Source: Puniceicoccales bacterium (GTDB lineage: Bacteria > Verrucomicrobiota > Verrucomicrobiia > Opitutales > JAIRLM01). Taken from it: 55,492 nt of DNA. Both the position numbers and the translations under genes were made by a program. Where the stretch lies: positions 1-55,492 of the forward strand of contig JAITOA010000006.1 of assembly GCA_031290195.1 (NCBI GenBank). The letters run 5' to 3'. The notes under the pieces are model-generated. The model saw only the letters and a list, made by a program, of their open reading frames with translations, did not search any database and was not told the origin of the DNA. This document shows, in pieces, positions 39,003 to 46,820 of this stretch (its first letter is position 1; each line of letters begins with the position of its first letter).

Positions 39003-39866
39003 CTAGCGCATGTTGGAAGTGATGGCGATGGTTGTCTGGTTTATGGCGTCACACATTTGCTTTAGGGCAGCCAATAGCGATGATAGGAGCTGCTGTGCGT
39101 TGGAAGCAGTTCCATCGGCTCGCTGTGCCATCGAATTAAGAAATTGGGCTTGGCTTTGGAGCAGGCTAGCATCGGCCGTAGCCTCGGAGGATGCCCTTTG
39201 GTGTTGTGCAGCATCCAGTTTTCCCAGCCCCACTATTATCTGCGAGGCGCCACCTCCGATGGCGTTTAGCGCCTGCCCAAGACCGGGAACCTTCACCGAA
39301 GCAGCGGCTCCTGCAAATCCCGCGGCCATCGACACGGCTCCTCCTACTATTTCCGCCTTCGCCTGTATCCGGGTTGCTTGCTCCATTTCTGCCGCCGCAG
39401 TGTAAGACCTGTCCCTGGCTTGCTCTGCCATAGATAAAGCCCCCTGTAAATCACTCAGTGAGGTCGTCTGCATAAGACGACGAATTTCGTTTAAAATGGA
39501 GGCTGCCTCCGCAAAAACTGCCGCCATGCGATACATCAGGTCCGTCGTCGTGGTCACAGTCCCTTTATCATTGACTTCCTGCGTTTCCATCGCGTCCATA
39601 ACTTCCGCTAAAAAGCCGAGGACTTGCTCGTCAAAAACTGCCAGTGCTTCCGCTATGTCATCCTCCGTCATATCGTTCGCATCATCGTCATCGGTAAGCC
39701 GCATATGGATGTCATTCAAAAAATCCCTAATTCCGTCCCTGTTCCGCTGGTCTAGTAGGAGAAAATCGTCTTCCTTTTCGATTCTCTCCGCCATCAGCTC
39801 TATGTCATCTTCGTTATAGTCGGCGAGACCCTGTGAAATGTGAGTTACTCCATCTACCGCAACCAT
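39003..39866 (-). CDS. putative T3SS minor translocator (SctB; YopD/EspB/CopD-like)
   Basis: Follows the SycD-like and SctE-like genes. It has an Ala/Gln coiled coil, a Gly/Ala-rich hydrophobic segment (IVGGAVSMAAGFAGAAAS) and an amphipathic C-terminal helix ending ITSNMR. Confidence 0.72.
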   Translation of the reverse strand: MVAVDGVTHISQGLADYNEDDIELMAERIEKEDDFLLLDQRNRDGIRDFLNDIHMRLTDDDDANDMTEDDIAEALAVFDEQVLGFLAEVMDAMETQEVNDKGTVTTTTDLMYRMAAVFAEAASILNEIRRLMQTTSLSDLQGALSMAEQARDRSYTAAAEMEQATRIQAKAEIVGGAVSMAAGFAGAAASVKVPGLGQALNAIGGGASQIIVGLGKLDAAQHQRASSEATADASLLQSQAQFLNSMAQRADGTASNAQQLLSSLLAALKQMCDAINQTTIAITSNMR

Positions 39867-39878
39867 AGTTTTACCCCC

Positions 39879-41195
39879 CTAAATTGCAATGTTTCTTGCT
39901 ATCGTCGAATACCCTTCTCCCAGGATTTTAATAAGCGACGACATAGCTTTAATCATCGTGTCCAGATGTTCCATAAGAGTTGCAATGGATTCATTGAATT
40001 TCCTATAGAGTGCTCCGAAATATTTTGACCGCTCCTCCCAGAGCTTTGCGTCAGCCTGCTGTTCTGAAAGTTTCTTTTCTAGGGACGCCATCATCATTTT
40101 TTCCTTGGCTCCAACGATCGTATTGATTGCCTGCACAATGGTCGCCGCCAGCCCCATCATTTGGCCCAGGCCATCGGAGCCAACCTCTACGGCGGAGAAG
40201 CCTTTCATGGCTTTCGTCGGGGCACTCAACCCGGATGCTTTGGCCATGCGCGCCGAGGAAGCATTAATACTCCCGCCCATAAAGAATCCGGTTGCCACCG
40301 CCGCAATCACAAGAAGAGCGATGCCAATCAGTATGGCAGCTTGCGCCGTAGTGTATAGTCCCTCTGCTTCTTTGAATGCCTCATCAAGGGCAGCTTGAAT
40401 ATCCGCGGGGAGGGACGCCTTTAATTCTTTTAGTCTTCTTTTGTCATCATCTGCAGCCATAGATACACATATAGCCGCAGCGCCGATCAATGCCGCGGAA
40501 AAAATAATAATAATGATCATCGCAACGATCAATGTAGTGCCGGCGGTAAATATGGCCGCAATCGCGGCTGCTAGCATGAGTAAGGTTGCGACTATCCCCA
40601 TAACAATGCCAAACCACGGACTCTTCAGTAGCCTCATTAGCTTGGAATTCCTAATTTCATCGATGAGCCTTTGAATCGCAATTTTTTCCGCAAGTGCAAA
40701 TTGGGCGATATTCGTCGATACCCGCTGGGACTGAATTCCAATATTACCGAGGGCTGTGGCAAGCACGGTGATGGTGTCGATAAAAGGAATTACCCCCTGG
40801 ATGCAATTGAAAAGAACCATGGCCGCAGGATCATCCAGAGCCATATCCCTTGGCTCTTTACTTACCGAATTCAAATAGGCTATGAAAGCATCTGCAGCGC
40901 CTGGATCGATAGGGTTTTTTTGAATGGTTTTTTTTGACTCCGCCATTTCGTAAATCTGGTATTTCTGTTTCTCAACCCTCGATACGCTGAGTTTTAGCTG
41001 GCCGGAACTTTTATTTTCATCATTCATATAGCTATATATTTTTAGCTCACTTGAATTCCAGCTTTCATCTATTTTTACAGAATTATAGGTTTTAGTTGAG
41101 CCATCATATTTGAAATGCAACCATCCCTCTCCGGCAATGTAGATCGCATAGAAATTACCGTTTACTGGAGTCATGGCGCACATAATTTTCCCCAA
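39879..41195 (-). CDS. putative T3SS major translocator (SctE; YopB/SipB/EspD/CopB-like)
   Basis: Directly after the SycD-like chaperone. It has a long hydrophobic hairpin (WFGIVMGIVATLLMLAAAIAAIFTAGTTLIVAMIIIIIFSAALIGAAA), a second hydrophobic helix and a C-terminal coiled coil ending IARNIAI. No signal peptide. The start may be ATG 41183. Confidence 0.78.
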   Translation of the reverse strand: MGKIMCAMTPVNGNFYAIYIAGEGWLHFKYDGSTKTYNSVKIDESWNSSELKIYSYMNDENKSSGQLKLSVSRVEKQKYQIYEMAESKKTIQKNPIDPGAADAFIAYLNSVSKEPRDMALDDPAAMVLFNCIQGVIPFIDTITVLATALGNIGIQSQRVSTNIAQFALAEKIAIQRLIDEIRNSKLMRLLKSPWFGIVMGIVATLLMLAAAIAAIFTAGTTLIVAMIIIIIFSAALIGAAAICVSMAADDDKRRLKELKASLPADIQAALDEAFKEAEGLYTTAQAAILIGIALLVIAAVATGFFMGGSINASSARMAKASGLSAPTKAMKGFSAVEVGSDGLGQMMGLAATIVQAINTIVGAKEKMMMASLEKKLSEQQADAKLWEERSKYFGALYRKFNESIATLMEHLDTMIKAMSSLIKILGEGYSTIARNIAI

Positions 41196-41198
41196 TTA

Positions 41199-41795
41199 CT
41201 ATTTTTTTGCCTCCGGAAGAGCACTTTCCCCGGAGGTTGATTTTTTTTGCTCTATCTCCGATTTTTTCATTTCCTCATTTACTAGCTTCTCCAAATATTG
41301 CAGTATTGCCTTACAGTCTTTAAGGTGGTCCCTATTCTTCGCATCGAGCGGATACCGCTTAGCTTCGACAATGCTATTTAAAATAAAATAGGCCTGCGTA
41401 ATATTTCCAACTTCGACCATGCAGCGGCACGACGAAAGCGCCATGCCGAGATCTTCCGGATGGAAAAAATAGGTGAAAAGGAATTGGATGCCAGCCTCGG
41501 AATAGTTGCCGCACATCTGCATGGTGGCGGCTATGGCCCTCGCGTAGTCCTTGTTGGTCGGGTCCAGAAGGTGAAGCCCCTGGAAAATAATCATCGCCCT
41601 ATCATATTTCTTCTGCTTATAAAACTGCTCTCCAAGAAAAAAAGCGGCGACCATTTCCTTGTCGGAAATGCCGATTCCAGATTGGAAAGTTCCATTTTTT
41701 TTAATCTCTTCCATGATTGGCTTTATCCTATCCATGAGAAGTTCCAAATTTTGCCTCCAGAGGAGCTTCTGTTCATTTTTGTCCATGTCAACCAT
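41199..41795 (-). CDS. SycD/LcrH-family class II T3SS translocator chaperone (TPR)
   Basis: GISDKEMVAAFFLGEQFYKQKKYDRAMIIFQGLHLLDPTNKDY...YSEA pattern matches SycD/IpgC/CesD TPRs. Confidence 0.85.
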   Translation of the reverse strand: MVDMDKNEQKLLWRQNLELLMDRIKPIMEEIKKNGTFQSGIGISDKEMVAAFFLGEQFYKQKKYDRAMIIFQGLHLLDPTNKDYARAIAATMQMCGNYSEAGIQFLFTYFFHPEDLGMALSSCRCMVEVGNITQAYFILNSIVEAKRYPLDAKNRDHLKDCKAILQYLEKLVNEEMKKSEIEQKKSTSGESALPEAKK

Positions 41796-41806
41796 CCATG
41801 TCCATG

Positions 41807-42763
41807 CTAGCGAACATTCGCAACCAAACCAGACTTTAATTTTTCAATTTCCTCAAGAAAGTTGGTTGCCGTACTGATATTTTCTTGGGAGAGTTGCAAT
41901 TGCATCTGAATTTGTGTCTGGCGTACGGACTGATCGTTGGCTATCTGCTCAGAGTAAACGCGGAGCACGTCCTGCAGGACGGATGCGGAATCCATGTTCA
42001 TTTGCGCCATGGCAAGGGATTTTGCTGCGCTATCCCTATTTTCACTTGTCGGATCGCTAATGTACGTCCTAAATGCATCAATAACATTCTTATTTATAAT
42101 ACCATACGAAGAGGTAATTGTCAGTAAGTTGCGGCTTACCATAAATGCTATAACATCGAAATTCGGCGACTTCGTATGGCTATTTACTTTATCTCCATCG
42201 ACCGTGCGAAGGTCATTCATCATCAGTTCAATCGCTCTCATTTGCACGCAAAGTTTTTTTTGTTCATCGTTAATAATGTCAACGTCATTTATGTGCAGCA
42301 TGAGAACTTTCCTATGGAGACTGGAAACGGCAAAAAAAATGGCGGATGCTAGGCAGCCAAAATCCGGAGCCCTCGTTCCCGGGAAGCGATCAATGACCTG
42401 CCCAACATTGACGCCAACTAGTCCGTAGATTGAATCGTATGTACCACCGATTTTCCGTTTTAGGTAAAGTTCTGCCGCCGACGAAAACATAGCTTCGTTG
42501 CTTTCAACTTTAATCCAGGCCACCTCTCCGCCACTGTTGACCTTGGCGTAGAGCCCAAAATTTCCGCTCGAATTTTCATAGATGCTCTTTAATTCGTTTT
42601 CGCTTTTCAGAGAATAGATGCTGCTATCTCGCAGGTACGTATCTTTATTTTTAAGCACCTTACTCAAATTTCCATAGGATATTCCTTTATTCTCCAAAGA
42701 AACGTTTGCCCCGAACGACTGTTTTTCGTTGAGAACGTTGAAATTGATAAGCGGTAATGTCAT
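41807..42763 (-). CDS. Bsp22/EspA-like putative T3SS filament/tip protein, paralogue 4 (318 aa)
   Basis: Shares FSSAAELYLKRK, a central helix and the C-terminal DVLRVYSEQIANDQ...SQENISTATNFL...ANVR with its neighbours; SD AAGGAG. Confidence 0.6.
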   Translation of the reverse strand: MTLPLINFNVLNEKQSFGANVSLENKGISYGNLSKVLKNKDTYLRDSSIYSLKSENELKSIYENSSGNFGLYAKVNSGGEVAWIKVESNEAMFSSAAELYLKRKIGGTYDSIYGLVGVNVGQVIDRFPGTRAPDFGCLASAIFFAVSSLHRKVLMLHINDVDIINDEQKKLCVQMRAIELMMNDLRTVDGDKVNSHTKSPNFDVIAFMVSRNLLTITSSYGIINKNVIDAFRTYISDPTSENRDSAAKSLAMAQMNMDSASVLQDVLRVYSEQIANDQSVRQTQIQMQLQLSQENISTATNFLEEIEKLKSGLVANVR

Positions 42764-42777
42764 CGTCTAATCTCCTT

Positions 42778-45366
42778 TTAGCGAATATTTGCTTCCACGG
42801 TAAAGCGCATTTTCCCAACGGACTTAAGTAGATTAGTTGCCACGGTGCGATCCTGCTGCGAAAATTTTAAATACGTTTCCATTTCCGTTTTACGCTTATT
42901 GAATTCATCGGTTATATAGTCATTGTATATGCGCAGAGCATCTCCCCAAAATGTGATGTGGTCGCCGGAGAGGCGCATGCTGTCGGTTAGACTAGCATTG
43001 ACATCTTTGTTTAGGCTAAATGTTACCTGCCTCGTAATATTAGTGCTATCTATGGTTGCAGTTTTCCCGCCTTGAACATCTGGCCCAGAAGCTTCAATGA
43101 TTGGCCAATAGGAAGGAAATACACTTTCCCCAGAAGTTTCTTTGAGTTTGGTTCTAAATTGTTCGGCCGTGCCAGTTATATATATCCCAGCATCCGAATT
43201 CACGCCCACAGCATCTCCGGAAAAATTTGCAATGTATCCCGTTACATTGCCCAATTTCGTTTCTGTTCTACTTTCACTATCTTCAACTCCAGTAACGGGC
43301 ACTGGTTGATAGGTGATATCATACATTCCCTTTTCCATGAGATACTTAAAGGAATCCGCAAAGCAACCACTTGCATCTAGATACTCACTTGGAATGAATG
43401 GAATTGAACTTGGACCGTGAGTAGAATTACGAAAAATAGAAGCCATGGACCTTTCCAATAATTGGCAACTCGTTGGCCTGCCGCCACCGTAGTAGCGCAC
43501 GGAAAAATCTGCCACATAGGAAACCGGAGTATCGCTTTGAACGACCAATCCTCCGTCGTGGTCATAGAGCGTATATGTCGAAGCTGTTTTTTGATCCTCA
43601 CCGCCTTCACCTATGAAGGGAACCTTTTTAAATCCTTTTACGTAGACACACTTTGTATGTGCATTTGCATCTTCATCGGCCATCTCCGTGCCGTCCACAT
43701 TAATTAGCTTCCCCCCGGTAGTCCTTGCTCGCGGGTCAAAGTAATATTCCACTTCGCCACCGGGAATGGACGAAGTCGGACGCCCATCCACTCCATCCGC
43801 GGGCCTCCAATAGTTACTACTAAAAAGATCTGTATCAACGACAGATCCGGGTTTCGAAAGAGTCGGAATCTCCTCAAATTCTCCGCAAACATAGGTGATG
43901 TACTCGACAAAATTATCGATGCCTTTAAGAAAACTTTCTGCGATCCAAGGTGCACCTTCGCTCAGCCTTCCGGCCTCATCAAAGGAGGGATATGGAATAC
44001 TATCAGGCAGCATCAAAGACCTAGCCGTATCAGTGACAATCCTAGATTGCTGGCCTTCCGGATAAAATGCTTCCTTTCTAATGGTAACTTCAACGGTATA
44101 GTAGATCCGCGGCATTCCATTTAACAGAGCCGAGCCACTACTAATAGCCGCTTTCACGCAATTCGTTGCCCGGTTCCCCAGGTCAGTTTGCCCACTCGGA
44201 GAATTAAAATAAGCCAGAGCATTGGCATCTAAATGCTTGGCCTGAAGGCTCGCCTCTGTTGTCTCAGCCTTATCCTCGTCAGACAGCCCGTTGTATTCGT
44301 CAGTCCCGTCTGCATTTGCCGTAGCTATGTTGGCGCTGTTTGTCTTGTAAATACTTATTATCACATTTTTTATGTTGTTATAAACATCACTGAATGTAGT
44401 GTTGTTATTTGCATCATAAGCGTCATTTATGTTCGCCGAACTATTCCCCCTAATCGAGGCGACATATGCCATTTCAAGTTCACTATGTCTCCTGTTATAA
44501 CATTCCGGCCACACTCCCCCTGTACCCTCCAATGATCCAAGTTTAGACGGGAAAAATGCCCGGTAGTGAGACAGCAGCGCCATGAAGGAAATCCACGCCT
44601 TCTCGAACGGCACAATGGTTTCTATGCTTTTTGCAGTATAGGGCGCCTTAACTTCGCCGTAATAATTCGTCACTACCTTATTTAAAGCATCACCGGTAAG
44701 CACTCCGGTAAGCAATGAATCATCGATGAGTTTGCGATCGTCAAAAAAATTAAAAACACTCATCGGAATAGTAGATCGATGCCGCATGTTTATGTTATCT
44801 GATCCAAAATCCAAACTAGACAAATCATCCTTGATTTGGTTGAGTATTGGCATTATGCTCGTAATTATACGGAGTTCGTCGCTGATTTGCCTAATGTCAC
44901 TAATGCAAATATCCATTAGTTTCATTTGCAAGCAGCTAATGGCGTAGGCAACAGCCGCCAATTTCGTTCCTAAGTTGTAGGTCCCAACGGAAGTCAAAGC
45001 CGATACGTTTAGGGAGATGAGACTAGTGAGTGGAACGTAGGTTTCGGAAACAGAGCTACCACCTACTTTTTTTGCCTTCAAATATAGTTCCATCGAACTA
45101 ATGTATTTCATGTCGGCATCCACAATTTCCACCCACAATTCCGCACCGGAAGAATCGTGGGAGCGGGAATATAATTTATAAACATTCCCACTTTTTTCAA
45201 ACTCCGCCCTTGAACTATACTGTGAATCCAGCAGAAAATTGTAGGCATCATTCCCATAGTTATTGGAAACTTCCATCATCTTTTTAATCACGTCGGCGGT
45301 CAGTCCAGCATCGAAATTAACTTCGTTTCCAAAAACACTTCTAAGACTGAGCGTGGGCGTTGACAT
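42778..45366 (-). CDS. Bsp22/EspA-like putative T3SS filament/tip protein, paralogue 3, with large central insert (862 aa)
   Basis: Contains YISSMELYLKAK, AAVAYAISCLQMKLMDICISDI and the C-terminal DALRIYNDYITDE...SQQDRTVATNLL...ANIR, flanking ~550 aa of unrelated sequence. Confidence 0.6.
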   Translation of the reverse strand: MSTPTLSLRSVFGNEVNFDAGLTADVIKKMMEVSNNYGNDAYNFLLDSQYSSRAEFEKSGNVYKLYSRSHDSSGAELWVEIVDADMKYISSMELYLKAKKVGGSSVSETYVPLTSLISLNVSALTSVGTYNLGTKLAAVAYAISCLQMKLMDICISDIRQISDELRIITSIMPILNQIKDDLSSLDFGSDNINMRHRSTIPMSVFNFFDDRKLIDDSLLTGVLTGDALNKVVTNYYGEVKAPYTAKSIETIVPFEKAWISFMALLSHYRAFFPSKLGSLEGTGGVWPECYNRRHSELEMAYVASIRGNSSANINDAYDANNNTTFSDVYNNIKNVIISIYKTNSANIATANADGTDEYNGLSDEDKAETTEASLQAKHLDANALAYFNSPSGQTDLGNRATNCVKAAISSGSALLNGMPRIYYTVEVTIRKEAFYPEGQQSRIVTDTARSLMLPDSIPYPSFDEAGRLSEGAPWIAESFLKGIDNFVEYITYVCGEFEEIPTLSKPGSVVDTDLFSSNYWRPADGVDGRPTSSIPGGEVEYYFDPRARTTGGKLINVDGTEMADEDANAHTKCVYVKGFKKVPFIGEGGEDQKTASTYTLYDHDGGLVVQSDTPVSYVADFSVRYYGGGRPTSCQLLERSMASIFRNSTHGPSSIPFIPSEYLDASGCFADSFKYLMEKGMYDITYQPVPVTGVEDSESRTETKLGNVTGYIANFSGDAVGVNSDAGIYITGTAEQFRTKLKETSGESVFPSYWPIIEASGPDVQGGKTATIDSTNITRQVTFSLNKDVNASLTDSMRLSGDHITFWGDALRIYNDYITDEFNKRKTEMETYLKFSQQDRTVATNLLKSVGKMRFTVEANIR

Positions 45367-45378
45367 TGAAGTTTTTCC

Positions 45379-46383
45379 CTATCGAATATTTCCGGCTGTA
45401 TCTGCCTGTGTTTTCTGGGCAGCCTTCATTAGGGTTGATGCCGTCGTAATATCCTGCTGTGACATCTGCTGCACCATTTGAAGCTTCGTAGTCCGTGCAT
45501 TGCTATCATTGCTTACCTGCTCTGCGTAGATGCGCAGCGTATCCGCCCAGGCCCCTGCCTGGTCCGAAGTAAGCTCTATTTTCGATACACTGCTACTAAT
45601 GGCGTCGGCAATCCCGTCGTTGGTTTGGGGATTTGCTTGACTTGCTATCACTTTTAGTTTCTCTATGAGTTCCTTGTCAATTGCGCACGTATGTTCCTCA
45701 GCTATGGAAGTGAGTAATCCCCTCATTAAAAAAAACGCCCACACCTTGGCATCCAGCGGTCTCATTTTAAGATCATCAAGCTTGGTAGTACCCGCATCAT
45801 CTTCACCGAGTTGATTAATTGTTTTCGCAATCAAATCACCGATTTCCTTCATCAATTCCTGCTCTTCCTTAACGGCATCTATATCAACAAGAAACTGCTC
45901 CATGATTTTTCTTTGGTAGCAACCGGAAGCGTAGAGTACGGCCGTAACGCGCGTTGCCGTATCCTTGTAGGAAAACACAGGCTGCCCGGACGCTCCTCCC
46001 GTTGCAGAAAAAATTCTTTCGCGGTCCAGTCGGTGCAGCGAATAGATGTCGACGTAGGACGATGAATTTTTTCTCTTTAAAAATAATTTTGCGCTTGAGG
46101 AAAACGCAAGCGTATTACTTGTAATTTCTTTGTAAAAATAGCCCTCTTCGCCACTTTCAAGGGAGTATAGCTTGAGCTTGTCATCGATACATTCATAGTT
46201 GGCCGTATGATTTCCATTGTTTATGGTGGGATCATAGATATACATTTCCTCGGCGTTATACCAATCACTAATGGTAATCATGGACTTCAATTTTTCCACG
46301 GAAACACTTCCATCTTTCGCTGGAATATTGAACGAGGATTTAAGGGTAATTGTCGGAATAGAAACTGCAAATTCATCCCCCAT
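45379..46383 (-). CDS. Bsp22/EspA-like putative T3SS filament/tip protein, paralogue 2 (~335 aa)
   Basis: Contains FSSSAKLFLKRK, TAVLYASGCYQRKIMEQFLVDI and the C-terminal DTLRIYAEQVSNDS...SQQDITTASTLM...AGNIR. ATG 46383 has GGAG upstream (the ORF track starts at 46398). Confidence 0.6.
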   Translation of the reverse strand: MGDEFAVSIPTITLKSSFNIPAKDGSVSVEKLKSMITISDWYNAEEMYIYDPTINNGNHTANYECIDDKLKLYSLESGEEGYFYKEITSNTLAFSSSAKLFLKRKNSSSYVDIYSLHRLDRERIFSATGGASGQPVFSYKDTATRVTAVLYASGCYQRKIMEQFLVDIDAVKEEQELMKEIGDLIAKTINQLGEDDAGTTKLDDLKMRPLDAKVWAFFLMRGLLTSIAEEHTCAIDKELIEKLKVIASQANPQTNDGIADAISSSVSKIELTSDQAGAWADTLRIYAEQVSNDSNARTTKLQMVQQMSQQDITTASTLMKAAQKTQADTAGNIR

Positions 46384-46410
46384 GGTCATAGCTCCCAATT
46401 ATCAGCGGCA

Positions 46411-46788
46411 CTAGAGCCGCATTTTTTTTACCTTTTTCCCGGGAGACTGCCTTCGAATGGTTTCCCGATAGTGGCGTTGGTCTTCCTCAATCGACTTTTT
46501 TAGGGAATCCGGACGGCTATCTCCCGGGAGGTTCATTGAGGAATCCCTATACTGCTGATAGCGCTCCTCGTATTCCCTTTCAAATTTTGCAATGATGTCC
46601 GCTGCCTGCCTACGACCCTCTTTGGTAAGATCCTTGGATTCTAGGAAAATATTATGTCCGGAATTCAAGTCGGCTCCAAGCGAACGGAAAAAGGCCTGCA
46701 TCTCATCTATGGTCCGCTTCGCTTCGGAAATGAGAGCGTTATTTTTCTCGATCTGTTCTTCGATTTTTTCTATGAATTTATCGTCCAT
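46411..46788 (-). CDS. small charged coiled-coil protein, candidate filament chaperone/regulator
   Basis: 125 aa and helical (IEKIEEQIEKNNALISEAKRTIDEMQAFF), with SD GGAGGG, embedded in the operon. Function is inferred from position only. Confidence 0.55.
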   Translation of the reverse strand: MDDKFIEKIEEQIEKNNALISEAKRTIDEMQAFFRSLGADLNSGHNIFLESKDLTKEGRRQAADIIAKFEREYEERYQQYRDSSMNLPGDSRPDSLKKSIEEDQRHYRETIRRQSPGKKVKKMRL

Positions 46789-46820
46789 TATTCCATTCCC
46801 TCCATTGTTTTTTCTAAAAT

